Source of the DNA: a virus
DNA length: 64,000 nt
Virus record (IMG/VR): IMGVR_UViG_3300028394_003336
Strand: one strand, 5' to 3'
Shown: piece after piece, positions 8,956 to 19,849 of the stretch
Layout of the letters: each line of letters starts with the position of its first letter
Position numbering within the stretch: position 1 is the stretch's first letter
Translations under genes and position numbers: made by a program
The notes under the pieces: generated by a model
Seen by the model: the letters and a program-made list of their open reading frames with translations, nothing else
Told to the model about the DNA's origin: nothing
Databases searched by the model: none

Positions 8956-10167
8956 ATGTCTAAAATCAATGTACTAGTCGTACCCTCCGATAGAACTGGA
9001 GTTGGTAAATTTAGGTCAATAGACCCTCACATCTTTCTTCAAAACTTATATCCTGAAGATTTTCATATAGATATCGTATACGATGTTGTATATGATGATT
9101 TAGAATTCTTTAAAAAGTATCAAATTGTTTCTTTCCACAGAAGCATTGGTCCTGATTTTGAAAGAGCTAATCAGTTAATTCTTAAATTAAATGAACTTGG
9201 TATCGCCACTGTTGGTGATATTGATGATTATTGGATGCCAGGTAAAGAACATCCAATCCATGATGTTATCAGATTCAATAAAATCAATGAAAAAATTACA
9301 ACAAACTTAAAAATTGCAAAATACGTTTCAACAACAACATCATTATTTGCAGATGAGATAATGAAAATGAATAAAAATGTTGTGGTGTTTCCTAACGCAA
9401 TTAACCCAAAAGAATCTCAATTTAAAGAACCAACACCTGAATCAGATAGATTAAGGATTGGATGGTTAGGTGGTTCATCTCACTTACATGATTTACAATT
9501 ATTAGACCAATCATTCAGCAAGTTAGGTTCAATTAGTGATAAATTACAATATGTTCTTTGTGGATTTGATACAAGAGGAACTGTTACAGAAATTAATTCT
9601 CAAACAGGAGAACATGTTAAAAGAAATATCACACCTGAAGAAACTGTATGGGCATCATACGAAAAAATATTCACTCAAAAATACACAACTATTTCTGAAG
9701 ACTATAAAAAGTTTTTAGAAAAATACGTACAAGACTCTTATCCTAACGAAAATGATGAGGCATATATCAGAGTTTGGACTAGACCCGTACAATCATATGC
9801 AAAGAATTATTCAAAATTTGATGTATCTTTGGCACCAATCAAAAACCACATGTTTAATAGAATGAAATCTCAATTAAAAGTTATTGAGGCAGGTTTCTAT
9901 AAAAAAGCAATTATAGCGTCAAATGTTGGTCCATATACTTTAGACTTAAAACATTGTTTAGACCATGGTAATTTTGTTGACGGAAATGCTTTATTAGTTG
10001 ATGAAAATAGAAATCACTCTGATTGGGCTAAATTCATTGACAAATTGGTAAAAAATCCAAATATGGTAAAAGATATGGGAGAAAGATTATATGAGACCGT
10101 AAAGGACACATATGATTTAAATGTTGTAACAAAAGCAAGAGCAGAATTTTATAAATCAATCGTATGA
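8956..10167 (+). CDS. GT-B (GT4-like) glycosyltransferase
   Basis: GDIDDYW, RIGWLGGSSH and FDVSLAP...FNRMKSQLKVIEAG...IIASNVGPY motifs. Confidence 0.8.
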   Translation: MSKINVLVVPSDRTGVGKFRSIDPHIFLQNLYPEDFHIDIVYDVVYDDLEFFKKYQIVSFHRSIGPDFERANQLILKLNELGIATVGDIDDYWMPGKEHPIHDVIRFNKINEKITTNLKIAKYVSTTTSLFADEIMKMNKNVVVFPNAINPKESQFKEPTPESDRLRIGWLGGSSHLHDLQLLDQSFSKLGSISDKLQYVLCGFDTRGTVTEINSQTGEHVKRNITPEETVWASYEKIFTQKYTTISEDYKKFLEKYVQDSYPNENDEAYIRVWTRPVQSYAKNYSKFDVSLAPIKNHMFNRMKSQLKVIEAGFYKKAIIASNVGPYTLDLKHCLDHGNFVDGNALLVDENRNHSDWAKFIDKLVKNPNMVKDMGERLYETVKDTYDLNVVTKARAEFYKSIV

Positions 10168-10868
10168 TAAATAATGTACCACTAACCAAGTTTTTATTCT
10201 TAGACATTGAAACCGTAGGATGTGAATCCAATTGGGAAAATTTTAAGAAAAATAAAAAAGAACTTTCATTTCAATTTGAACACATTCAAGACAATCTTAG
10301 AAAAAGATTTCCTGAGGAATCTGACACACCTATTGAGCAATTGTTTGTTAATAGAGCCGCGTTAGTTCCTGAATTTTTAAAGATAGTTTGTGTTAGTGTT
10401 GCATTTGTTATGGATGACGGAACAGTTAAACTACAATCTTTTCATAGTGAAGATGAAGGTAAATTACTTCAAGATGTACAGAAATTATTAAATCGTACAG
10501 GGGATTTAGGGTTCTTCTTATGTGGACATAATGTTAAAGGATTTGATATCCCAACATTAGCTAAACGTATGATGATGTATGGATTAGAACCTCCAAAACT
10601 ATTACCAAGTTATGATACAAAACCTTGGGAGGTTAAGGCAATTGATACCAAAGACATATGGCAATATGGTGGATATGGTCAATTCGCATCTCTTGAATTA
10701 ATGTGTGTTTGTATGGGTGTTGAGTCATCTAAAAATACAGAAGTAACAGGAAATAGAGTTCATGAGGCGTATTGGATAGATAAAAATATTGAAGGTATTG
10801 TAAAATATTGTGAGAAAGATGTTGTGGTTTTGATAGAATTAATTAAAAAATTAAAACAATTAAAATGA
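10164..10868 (+). CDS. DEDDy 3'-5' exonuclease (PolB-exo-like, stand-alone)
   Basis: FLDIET (ExoI), GHNVKGFD (ExoII), YCEKD (ExoIII). Confidence 0.8.
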   Translation: MINNVPLTKFLFLDIETVGCESNWENFKKNKKELSFQFEHIQDNLRKRFPEESDTPIEQLFVNRAALVPEFLKIVCVSVAFVMDDGTVKLQSFHSEDEGKLLQDVQKLLNRTGDLGFFLCGHNVKGFDIPTLAKRMMMYGLEPPKLLPSYDTKPWEVKAIDTKDIWQYGGYGQFASLELMCVCMGVESSKNTEVTGNRVHEAYWIDKNIEGIVKYCEKDVVVLIELIKKLKQLK

Positions 10869-11494
10869 TGCAAGAAATTGACAAAGAAGAAGAATCAGAT
10901 TTATGGAAACAGGTCCAAGAACAATTTGAAAAATTAAAAATACAAACAGGTATTGAATCTGATGAAAATTATAAGAAAGAACTTGATGAAATACTTGGAT
11001 TAACTGATGAAGATTTTAAAGAAATTGACGAAAACACAAAGTTGTTATTATCAAGAAAAAATGTTCAAGTTCAGTTATTAGATAACCTTGCAGTTTATCC
11101 AAAATACGCTTATCCAACAGATTCTGGTTTTGATTTACACTCTACTATAGAATATACTTTACCATCTCTTGGTAGAGCAATAATTCCAACAGGAATTAAA
11201 GTATCTTTTGATGAAAGTTTGGAATTACAAATTAGACCTAAGAGTGGTTTAGCAATCAATCAAGGAATTACTGTTTTGAATACTCCTGGTACTGTGGATG
11301 TAGGATACACAGGTGAACTTAAGGTAATTGTTTTTAATACAAACAAAACTGATTTCACAATCACAAAAGGTATGAAAATTGCTCAAGCTGTTTTTGCACC
11401 AGTAATAAACGGTAGATATATTAACTTTCAAACAGTTAGTGAAGTAGAAGAAAAAGATAGAGGGGATAACGGTTTTGGCAGTACTGGTATTTAA
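10865..11494 (+). CDS. dut: Trimeric dUTPase with acidic N-terminal extension
   Basis: DSGFDL, RPKSG, GTVDVGYTGE, KIAQ and RGDNGFGSTG (motifs 1-5). Confidence 0.93.
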   Translation: MMQEIDKEEESDLWKQVQEQFEKLKIQTGIESDENYKKELDEILGLTDEDFKEIDENTKLLLSRKNVQVQLLDNLAVYPKYAYPTDSGFDLHSTIEYTLPSLGRAIIPTGIKVSFDESLELQIRPKSGLAINQGITVLNTPGTVDVGYTGELKVIVFNTNKTDFTITKGMKIAQAVFAPVINGRYINFQTVSEVEEKDRGDNGFGSTGI

Positions 11495-11508
11495 ATTAAA
11501 CTTACTAT

Positions 11509-11679
11509 ATGGGAAAGTATTACGAAAATTTAGAAACTTTAATAGAACTCATAAAAAAAATAGAAAAAAAGAATCTTTTAGCTGAGTTTATTTTGGACTG
11601 TGTTATTATTACAAAGGGAAATCCTGACAAAAGTGCACATGAAATAATAAAAGAAGCAAAGAAAAAACGACTCAAATAA
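11509..11679 (+). CDS. Small hypothetical protein (56 aa)
   Basis: Manual translation MGKYYENLETLIELIKK...KKKRLK*; fills the gap, and its stop overlaps the next ATG (TAATG). Confidence 0.55.
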   Translation: MGKYYENLETLIELIKKIEKKNLLAEFILDCVIITKGNPDKSAHEIIKEAKKKRLK

Positions 11680-13307
11680 TGTTAACAATAGCATATTCAA
11701 CAAGAGAACACAAACCAGAATTTATTGAATACCTGAAAAAAAGTTCAGGTTTTAAGAAAATTGAAGTTATTGAAAAAGTTAATAACGGTGAAAAGTCTTT
11801 GGCCAAATTATATAATGAAATTTTGTCTGAAGCAAAAACTGACATAATTGTTTTTTGTCATGACGACATTTATTTTGATACAACAGGATGGTATCATAAA
11901 TTAATGAAACATTTTGATAAATCTGATTACGGTATTATTGGAATGGCTGGTACAACAGATATGCCAGCAAGTGGTAAATGGTGGGAAGATAGAAAAAAAA
12001 TGATTGGGATTGTTAACCACGAAAATGGTGGAAAAAAATGGGAATCAAAATATTCTGAATCATTAAATAATAATATAGGTCAAACAATAATTGTTGACGG
12101 TTTATTCATTGCTGTTGATAAAAGAAAAATTAAAAAAACTTTTGATGAAGAATTTGAAGGGTTTCATTTTTATGATATTCCTTTTTGTTTTGAAAATCAT
12201 TTAGAAGGCGTTAAAATAGGCGTAATAACAAATATTAGAATTACTCATAAATCTATCGGTCAAACTAATGAACAATGGGAAAAAAATAGACAGTTATTTG
12301 AAAAAAAATATAAAGACAACCTTCCATTAAAACTTCCATTTGACCCACAAAAAAGACTTAAAATTTTAATTTCTTGTTTATTTTTTAGAACATTTACAGG
12401 TTCTGAATTATACGTTTATGAATTAGCAAAAAATTTATTAAGTCAAAATTGTGATGTTACTGTGATGTCTCAAATAGGAGGACCATTAACAGATATGGCA
12501 AAAAAGATTGGGATTAAGTGTATTACGTTTGAACAAGCACCAGGATTCAAACTTGGTGATGGTGTGTGGACTTTTGATGCTGGTAATGGACCACAAGTTT
12601 CAACGCCAAATATGATGTATAGGGTTTCAGATGTTAATTTTGATTTAATCCATATGCAACATAAACCTGTTGCGGAAAGAATGATTCAATTTTATCCTGA
12701 AATTGACAAAATATATTCAATTCATTCTGAGGTTATAGAATTAGAAGACCCAATTAAACACGAATCAATTAAAAAATATATTGCAATTAGACCCGAGATT
12801 AAGGAATACATAATTAATAATTTTGAAATTCCTGAAAAAGATATTGAAGTTATTTATAATCCTGTGGATAATGAAAAATTCAAATCAAGACCTTCAAAGG
12901 TTCAAAATGCTGTTTTATTTGTCGGTACCATAGATTATTTGAGAAGAGAAACAATTATGGATTTAATTGATTACACAAAAGATAATAATAAAGAACTTTG
13001 GTTAATGGGTGAGGATAAACAAAATTATCTCATATCAATTTTAACACAGCCACACGTTAAACATTTTAAACCAGGTTGGAACGTTGAAAAACTAATTAAT
13101 GAATGTGATGAAACTGCAGGAATACAATTAGGAAGAACAACAATTGAAAGTTGGTTATGTGGAAAACCGAGCTGGATTTATAAGGTAAATTCATATGGAA
13201 ATATTGAGTCCAAAGAAAAATTTGACCCACCTACTGATTTAGAAAAATACTATGCAAACAATGTTGTCAAACAAATCAAAGAACAATATTTAAAGATTCT
13301 CTCATGA
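11679..13307 (+). CDS. Bifunctional glycosyltransferase (GT-A/GT2-like + GT-B/GT4-like fusion)
   Basis: N-terminal IVFCHDD...VDGLF...FHFYD; C-terminal TGSELYVYELAK.L...VIYNPVD...LFVGTI. Confidence 0.8.
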   Translation: MLTIAYSTREHKPEFIEYLKKSSGFKKIEVIEKVNNGEKSLAKLYNEILSEAKTDIIVFCHDDIYFDTTGWYHKLMKHFDKSDYGIIGMAGTTDMPASGKWWEDRKKMIGIVNHENGGKKWESKYSESLNNNIGQTIIVDGLFIAVDKRKIKKTFDEEFEGFHFYDIPFCFENHLEGVKIGVITNIRITHKSIGQTNEQWEKNRQLFEKKYKDNLPLKLPFDPQKRLKILISCLFFRTFTGSELYVYELAKNLLSQNCDVTVMSQIGGPLTDMAKKIGIKCITFEQAPGFKLGDGVWTFDAGNGPQVSTPNMMYRVSDVNFDLIHMQHKPVAERMIQFYPEIDKIYSIHSEVIELEDPIKHESIKKYIAIRPEIKEYIINNFEIPEKDIEVIYNPVDNEKFKSRPSKVQNAVLFVGTIDYLRRETIMDLIDYTKDNNKELWLMGEDKQNYLISILTQPHVKHFKPGWNVEKLINECDETAGIQLGRTTIESWLCGKPSWIYKVNSYGNIESKEKFDPPTDLEKYYANNVVKQIKEQYLKILS

Positions 13308-14014
13308 TTATTTTAACAACAACATATAATTGTGCTCCGTATGTTGAAAGGAGTCTACTGAGTATTATGTCTCAGAGATTCAAAGATTTTACTTGTTACA
13401 TACTTGATGATGTGTCTACTGACAACACAAAAGAAATTGTAAAAAAAACAATAGAGGGTGATTCAAGATTTATACTTGTTGAAAATCACACTAAGTTTTA
13501 CCAACCAGGAAATTACGACCAAGTAATAAATTGGAGAGCAATTTCTGGTGATGAAATTTGTGTTGAGGTTGATGGTGATGATTGGTTACCAAACTCAAAT
13601 GTTTTTGACTTAATCAATGAAACATATAAAGACCCTGAAGTTTGGATGACAAGTGGTTCATTCAAATATCACGATGGAAGACCAGGGTTTGCTAATCCCC
13701 CTACTCACTTTACTAACGTTAGAAAACAAGCCTTCACTCTTTCTCATCTTAGAACTTGGAAATCTTGGTTATGGAAAAAAATCAAAGAAGAAGATTTAAG
13801 AGATGAAAATGGTAATTACTGGAGCGTTGCTGGTGACTTATCATTCATGTTTCCAATGTTTGAAATGTCAGGACAAGAACACTATAGATTTTTACCAAAC
13901 ATAAATTACATTTACAACGAATCTAACCCAATTAATGACCATAAAGTTAACATGTCTAATGTTACTCAAACGGTAAATAAAATAAGAAATAAAACACCAT
14001 ATACAAAATTATGA
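13304..14014 (+). CDS. GT2 glycosyltransferase
   Basis: TTYN, DDVSTDNT and VDGDDW (DxD). Confidence 0.85.
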   Translation: MIILTTTYNCAPYVERSLLSIMSQRFKDFTCYILDDVSTDNTKEIVKKTIEGDSRFILVENHTKFYQPGNYDQVINWRAISGDEICVEVDGDDWLPNSNVFDLINETYKDPEVWMTSGSFKYHDGRPGFANPPTHFTNVRKQAFTLSHLRTWKSWLWKKIKEEDLRDENGNYWSVAGDLSFMFPMFEMSGQEHYRFLPNINYIYNESNPINDHKVNMSNVTQTVNKIRNKTPYTKL

Positions 14015-14658
14015 GTTTTCATTCAATCGTTGAATCAATAATATTTTATAGAAATTCAAAAAACAAAATAAATAATATCTTGCACATTGGTGCATGTTTA
14101 GGAGAAGAATTATCTTTTTATAAAGAATTAAATCCAGAAAAAATTTATTGGTTTGAACCAAACCCAAAATTATTAGAACAGTTAAAATATAATGTAACTA
14201 ATCAATCATTTGAAAGTTTAGTATTTCCATACGCGGTTAGTAATAAAAAAGGTACTGCGGAATTTAACATTATTGAAAATACTAAAAAAACAAATCCTGG
14301 ATGTTCATCATTACAAAATTTAAAAGTTCATGCAGAATTATATCAAGACATTACCAAGGTTGATACCTGTATTGTTAATACAATTAACATTGATGAATTT
14401 TTACAAGAAAATAATTTAGAAACAAATTTTGATTTAGTAAGTTTAGATACTCAAGGTCACGACTATGAAATTTTAAGTTCAAGCGAACTTATTTTTAATA
14501 GTAAAATAATTGTGATTGAAACGGCTAAAGTAGAACTCTATGAAGGCCAAAAAATAGATGTTGAAATTGAAGAATTTTTAAATTCTAAAGGGTATAGTAA
14601 ATACTACTACCATGAATTCCATTCTACATGGGGAGATACATTATATGTTAAAAATTAA
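14011..14658 (+). CDS. FkbM-family methyltransferase
   Basis: HIGACLG, FEPNP, AVSN and LDTQGHDYEIL. Confidence 0.85.
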   Translation: MSFHSIVESIIFYRNSKNKINNILHIGACLGEELSFYKELNPEKIYWFEPNPKLLEQLKYNVTNQSFESLVFPYAVSNKKGTAEFNIIENTKKTNPGCSSLQNLKVHAELYQDITKVDTCIVNTINIDEFLQENNLETNFDLVSLDTQGHDYEILSSSELIFNSKIIVIETAKVELYEGQKIDVEIEEFLNSKGYSKYYYHEFHSTWGDTLYVKN

Positions 14659-14663
14659 TACTA

Positions 14664-15437
14664 ATGGAAAACGTATCTTGTATATTAACAATACATAATA
14701 AAGATTTTTTAATTGAGCGGGTATGTAAGTCTTTGTTAAATAATTTATCTAACAAAACTAATCAACTTATTATTGTTTTTGATGGATGTACTGATAATTC
14801 TATCCCAATAGTTAAAAACACATTAAAAAATATAACAAAATTAAAAATTGATTATGTTTACACTGATAACGTTTTTGAGACTAAAGCAAACAATGCGGGG
14901 TTAAAAATCGTTGATAACGATTACGCATTATTAATTCAAGATGATATGGTTGTTAATGAAAAAGATTTTGACATTAGAATGTTAAAACCATATCAAACAT
15001 TTAATGATGTTTTTGCGGTAACCTCATTTATTGCACACAACAATATATATAATGAACAAATTAAAGAAATTAATTATATTGATATGGCAAATAAAAAAGA
15101 TTCGTCTAGGGATATTTTTTATGCCCGAGAATATGGAAATAGAGGACCTTTAATGTACAACTATCAAGATGTGGTAAAACTTAATTATTTGGACGAATGG
15201 TTCTCTCCACAAAATTATGATGATATGGATATCTCAATTAGGGCATTTAAAGAATTAAAAAAAGTATCAGGATTATATTGGATAGATTATACATCAGACC
15301 CAAGATGGGGTTCTACTCGTCAAAAAAATCATGATTTACATCATAATTTAGTTAAGGTAAATTCTCAAAAAATTTTAGAAAGGCATAAAGATTTACTTTA
15401 TGGTGATAAATTTATTGAAAATAGAGAATTAAAATGA
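14664..15437 (+). CDS. GT2 glycosyltransferase
   Basis: IHNK, DGCTDNS, NAGL, IQDD and DDMD.S.RA. Confidence 0.8.
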   Translation: MENVSCILTIHNKDFLIERVCKSLLNNLSNKTNQLIIVFDGCTDNSIPIVKNTLKNITKLKIDYVYTDNVFETKANNAGLKIVDNDYALLIQDDMVVNEKDFDIRMLKPYQTFNDVFAVTSFIAHNNIYNEQIKEINYIDMANKKDSSRDIFYAREYGNRGPLMYNYQDVVKLNYLDEWFSPQNYDDMDISIRAFKELKKVSGLYWIDYTSDPRWGSTRQKNHDLHHNLVKVNSQKILERHKDLLYGDKFIENRELK

Positions 15438-16030
15438 AAATAAAACCGTCAAACGATACCGAATGGAGACAACAAAATGGTGATTATACATACAGAATTA
15501 ATTATCCATTAACGAACAATTCAATTGTTGTTGATTTGGGGGCAAGACATGGACATTGGTCAGAATTAATTAGAAAGAAATATTCACCAAAAATATATTG
15601 TTTTGAAGTTGTTAGTGAATTTTGTAATCAATTAAAAAATTTAAATTATAAAACATTTTGTATTGCGGTTTCTGATAAAAAAGAAAAAGTTAAATTAGGA
15701 ATTGTCCAATCAGAAGCATCATTATTTTTTAAAGAATCTACATTTGAAAGTGAATCAATTCCCGCAAATGAAATATTTGAAATTATTAATGAAGAACACA
15801 TTGATTTAATGAAAATAAATGTTGAAGGTGCTGAGTATTCAATTTTAAAAAATTTAATTGAGACTAATTCAATAATTAAAATAAAAAATATACAAGTACA
15901 ATTTCATTTATTTAATGACGAAGAAAATTCTGATTATGATTTAATATCTAAAGAATTATCTAAAACACATAAACTAACTTGGAGATTTCCATTTGTGTGG
16001 GAAAATTGGGAATTAAAATATGAAATTTAA
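15434..16030 (+). CDS. FkbM-family methyltransferase
   Basis: VDLGARHG, CFE, IDLMKINVEGAEY and QVQFH. Confidence 0.85.
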   Translation: MKIKPSNDTEWRQQNGDYTYRINYPLTNNSIVVDLGARHGHWSELIRKKYSPKIYCFEVVSEFCNQLKNLNYKTFCIAVSDKKEKVKLGIVQSEASLFFKESTFESESIPANEIFEIINEEHIDLMKINVEGAEYSILKNLIETNSIIKIKNIQVQFHLFNDEENSDYDLISKELSKTHKLTWRFPFVWENWELKYEI

Positions 16031-16715
16031 TATATCTTTTTTTACAGACGAAAATTTTAGATTCAGAGAAAATCTATTATTAGAACGATATCAAAATATG
16101 AAATTTGATAACGTATTTGTGCACACATCAGAAGAAATAAGAAATACTGATTTTTACAAAGAATTTAAACATATTTTAGACCAACCAAAGGGCGCAGGAT
16201 ATTGTTTATGGAAACCATACATTATATTAGAAGATTTAAATAAAATGGATGATGGCGATGTTTTAGTATATTTGGATGCCGCGGATGATTTAGTGGGTGA
16301 TGGTTTACATCATATTAAAATTGCCATGGATAAAAGAGATTATTACATCAGTAATTGGCGTGGAGCAAGAAATAAGCAAAGAGAAAAAACAAAAAAAGAT
16401 TGTTTTGTTCTTATGGATTGTGACAATGAGTTTTTTCATAACTTCCCTCAAGTAGAAGCTGGATTTGTAATTTTTAAAAAAAATCAAGATAATGTGAATT
16501 TTATCAATCAATGGTTAAATTATTGTAAAAACGAAAATATATTGACTGATAAACCAAATGAACATGGGAATAATCTACCTGAATTCAAAAATCATTTATA
16601 CGACCAAAGTGTTTTAACCAATTTAGTTTTAAAAAATAATATAAAACTTTCATATGTTTTAAAAGATAGTGTTGCATATAATGTAGTCCCACCTTCAAAC
16701 ACCCATAACTTGTAA
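16020..16715 (+). CDS. Putative GT-A-fold glycosyltransferase
   Basis: LWKPYII, YLDA(A)D, EAGF and H.YDQSVL pattern; position within the glycan cluster. Confidence 0.55.
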   Translation: MKFNISFFTDENFRFRENLLLERYQNMKFDNVFVHTSEEIRNTDFYKEFKHILDQPKGAGYCLWKPYIILEDLNKMDDGDVLVYLDAADDLVGDGLHHIKIAMDKRDYYISNWRGARNKQREKTKKDCFVLMDCDNEFFHNFPQVEAGFVIFKKNQDNVNFINQWLNYCKNENILTDKPNEHGNNLPEFKNHLYDQSVLTNLVLKNNIKLSYVLKDSVAYNVVPPSNTHNL

Positions 16716-16749
16716 TTTACATTTAAACACTATTATTTATTCTTAGTAA

Positions 16750-17577
16750 ATGGGAAATTCAATAACCGCAAATTTAATGGGTGGTCTTGGTAATCAATTA
16801 TTTGAAGCCGCTCACGCATTAGCACAAGGTTGGAAGCACAATAGAGAAACTGTATTCCTTCCACATTCATGGACACCAGGTCAAGGTAGAGGTGCCGAAA
16901 ATTACATTAACAATGTATTCAGAAATCTAAAGTTTGTTGAAAGAGTTGAAGACACAACTACAGTAAACGAAGGACATTTTGAATATTCAGAAGTTAATCC
17001 AGTAGAAGGAGATACCGCATTTCACGGATACTTTCAATCAACAAAAAATTGGTTTGGATTTGACGAAAAAATTAGAGAAATCTTCCAGCCACCCGCAGAA
17101 CTTGTAGAAGAGTTCATGGGAAAATACCCTCAACTATCTCAACCAAACACATTATCACTTCACGTTAGAAGAAGTGAGTATCTTCAGTTCCCTGAAATAC
17201 ACCCTACAATCAGCATAGAATACATTCAAGAGGCTTTAAAAGTTATTGGTGAATATTCTACCGTTTTTGTATTCAGTGACGACCACGACTTTGTAAGAGA
17301 GAATTTAAACTTCCCTTCAGTTATTTTTGTTAACGAACCTGAAGATTACAGAGAATTATGGTTAATGGGGTTATGTCAAAATCATATCATATCAAACTCC
17401 ACATTTTCATGGTGGGGAGTTTTCTTAAATAAAAAACTAAACAAAAAAATCGTTGCACCATCTCGTTGGTTTGGTCCACGAGGTCCTGAGGCAAAAGATA
17501 TCTACGAATCATATTGGAACATAATTCCTTGTGATTGGATTGAGGGCGGTAAATTAATGCCGATTAAAAATGATTAA
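16750..17577 (+). CDS. GT11 alpha-1,2-fucosyltransferase-like
   Basis: GGLGNQLF, GYFQS, LHVRR.EY, FSDD and IISNSTFSWW are canonical GT11 motifs; TATTTAT upstream (16734-16740). Confidence 0.9.
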   Translation: MGNSITANLMGGLGNQLFEAAHALAQGWKHNRETVFLPHSWTPGQGRGAENYINNVFRNLKFVERVEDTTTVNEGHFEYSEVNPVEGDTAFHGYFQSTKNWFGFDEKIREIFQPPAELVEEFMGKYPQLSQPNTLSLHVRRSEYLQFPEIHPTISIEYIQEALKVIGEYSTVFVFSDDHDFVRENLNFPSVIFVNEPEDYRELWLMGLCQNHIISNSTFSWWGVFLNKKLNKKIVAPSRWFGPRGPEAKDIYESYWNIIPCDWIEGGKLMPIKND

Positions 17578-18196
17578 TACAAATCCTAATAACAAAACAT
17601 GTGACATAGCACACATCAAAAGTATTATAACAATTAACAATTATGATTTAATTGGTGATGTTATTGAATTTGGAACCTTTACAGGTGGAAGTACAAAAAC
17701 TTTATCCTTAACATTTCCTAATAAAACAATATTCACAATTGACCATTTTCAGGGGTTAGAACAAACCAATAAGAACGTACCAAGTGATAGTGATTGGATT
17801 GAAAGAGCATTTGCATTAGACAATCCATTATATGTTGATAACCACAACATACCCAAATCTATTGATGAAGTTAGAGAAAGATTCATGGGTCATGATAACA
17901 TCAAAATGATTATATCCGATGTTCACGACTTAACAGAACCATCTGATTATGGTATTGGTAAAATTTCTGTTTGTAATTTAGATGTTGATATCTATGAACC
18001 AGCAGTATCTGCATTAGAGTTTTTAACCAAGTGCGAATGGTCTGAAGTATTCATCAGATTTGATGATTGGCACGGTGGTGAACCAGAATATGACCAACAT
18101 GAAAGATTGGCATTTGTAGAATGGATTGAAAAGTATAACTATAAATTTAACATTACTCATGGTGGATACATCGGTGGTGTTTATGTAAAACGATAA
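17570..18196 (+). CDS. TylF/MycF-like sugar O-methyltransferase
   Basis: GDVIEFGTFTGGS, DHFQGL, LDVDIYE and FDDW. Confidence 0.75.
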   Translation: MINTNPNNKTCDIAHIKSIITINNYDLIGDVIEFGTFTGGSTKTLSLTFPNKTIFTIDHFQGLEQTNKNVPSDSDWIERAFALDNPLYVDNHNIPKSIDEVRERFMGHDNIKMIISDVHDLTEPSDYGIGKISVCNLDVDIYEPAVSALEFLTKCEWSEVFIRFDDWHGGEPEYDQHERLAFVEWIEKYNYKFNITHGGYIGGVYVKR

Positions 18197-18198
18197 AA

Positions 18199-19032
18199 AT
18201 GGAAAAAAAACAAATTAGAAAAGTATCAGATTGGTGGGGTGAATACGATTGTTCATCAAACCGCAACATGCCAAAACACATTCAATGGCTATCAAGAGAC
18301 ACTGAAACACCACACGAAGTGAGTGTTTATGTTGATAACTACATCAAAGATTGGGGATTCAATGACCCAAAAAGAGATAAGATTGGATGGTTATTAGAAT
18401 CGCCTCAAATGAATGAAGGTACCATCAAATATCTCGTTGACAACATTGACATGACAAGGGAACATTTCAAGTGGATTTTCACTTGTATGGATAGTCTTAT
18501 TGAATTAGGTGCTCCATTTGTATACAACATTTCAAATGCAGCCCCTTGGATTTGGGAAAAAAACAGAGCAATTCACCCTAAAACTAAATTGGTATCAATG
18601 ATTGCATCTAATAAAGGATGGTTACGTGGGCACCAAAATAGATTACAATGGGTTGAAAAATTAAAAGATAAAGTTGACTTATTTGGTTCAGGAAGACCTA
18701 ATCAATTGAATGATAAAGAAGATGGTTTAAAAGATTACATGTTCTCAGTTGCAATTGAGAATGATAATTCGGATACTTACTTCACAGAAAAATTAACCGA
18801 TTGTTTTGCGATGGGTACAGTTCCAGTTTATTATGGTTCAAGAAAAGTTGTTGAAAAATATTTTGACCCAACAGGAGTTATCTTCTTAGAAGATGATGCT
18901 GATTTATCAACATTAACATTAGAAAAATATCAATCATTAATGCCAGCAATTGAAAGGAATTTCATAGCTGCGAATAACCTACCTGTATCGGAAGACTACA
19001 TGTGGGAAAATTATTTAAAAAACTTATTTTAA
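18199..19032 (+). CDS. GT10 (alpha-1,3-fucosyltransferase)-like glycosyltransferase
   Basis: LLESP, IASNK, VDLFG and YMFSVAIEN...YFTEKL.DCF..GTVPVYYG. Confidence 0.8.
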   Translation: MEKKQIRKVSDWWGEYDCSSNRNMPKHIQWLSRDTETPHEVSVYVDNYIKDWGFNDPKRDKIGWLLESPQMNEGTIKYLVDNIDMTREHFKWIFTCMDSLIELGAPFVYNISNAAPWIWEKNRAIHPKTKLVSMIASNKGWLRGHQNRLQWVEKLKDKVDLFGSGRPNQLNDKEDGLKDYMFSVAIENDNSDTYFTEKLTDCFAMGTVPVYYGSRKVVEKYFDPTGVIFLEDDADLSTLTLEKYQSLMPAIERNFIAANNLPVSEDYMWENYLKNLF

Positions 19033-19033
19033 T

Positions 19034-19849
19034 ATGAAATATCTAGTACTTGGCTCATCAGGGCAAATTGGTGCAGAACTTTGTAAATTCTTAAAGAAAG
19101 AAGGTCATGAAGTTTTGACGTTTGATATAGAAGAAAATTCTATGCAAGATTTAAGAATAAAAGGAATTGTTGATTCACATATTAATGAATCAGATTTTGT
19201 GATGTTTTTAGCGTTTGACGTAGGAGGTTCAAGATACTTGAAGAAGTATCAACACACTTATGAGTTTATAGACAACAATGCTAGACTTATGGTTCACACA
19301 TTTAACGCATTAAAATCATATAGGAAACCATTCATTTTTGCGTCATCTCAAATGTCCAACATGTCGTACTCTCCATATGGAATCGCAAAAGCTTTAGGTG
19401 AATCTTATACAAGGGCTTTGGGAGGCATTACAGTTAAGTTTTGGAACGTTTATGGTCCTGAACATAATTTAGAAAAATCTCACGTAATTACTGACTTTAT
19501 CTTAAAGGCACACAATTACGGACATATCACCATGATGACAGACGGAACTGAAGAAAGACAATTCTTGCACGCTGAAGATTGTTCAAACGCTTTAATGATT
19601 CTTTCTCAAAAATACAATGAAATAGATAGAGACAAAGAATTACACATTACAAATTTTAAGTGGGAGTCTATTCTTGAGGTTGGATTAATTATTAGTGAAG
19701 AAATTCCTTGTAGAATTACTCCAGGAAAAGATACTGATACAGTTCAACTTAATAAAAGAAATGAACCCGACCCGTATATTTTGAATTTTTGGGAACCAAA
19801 GATTTCATTAAAAGAGGGTATAAAAAGAATAATTAAAGAAATGATATGA
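19034..19849 (+). CDS. NAD-dependent nucleotide-sugar epimerase/dehydratase
   Basis: GSSGQIG, FASS, YGIAK, NVYG and RQFLH. Confidence 0.85.
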   Translation: MKYLVLGSSGQIGAELCKFLKKEGHEVLTFDIEENSMQDLRIKGIVDSHINESDFVMFLAFDVGGSRYLKKYQHTYEFIDNNARLMVHTFNALKSYRKPFIFASSQMSNMSYSPYGIAKALGESYTRALGGITVKFWNVYGPEHNLEKSHVITDFILKAHNYGHITMMTDGTEERQFLHAEDCSNALMILSQKYNEIDRDKELHITNFKWESILEVGLIISEEIPCRITPGKDTDTVQLNKRNEPDPYILNFWEPKISLKEGIKRIIKEMI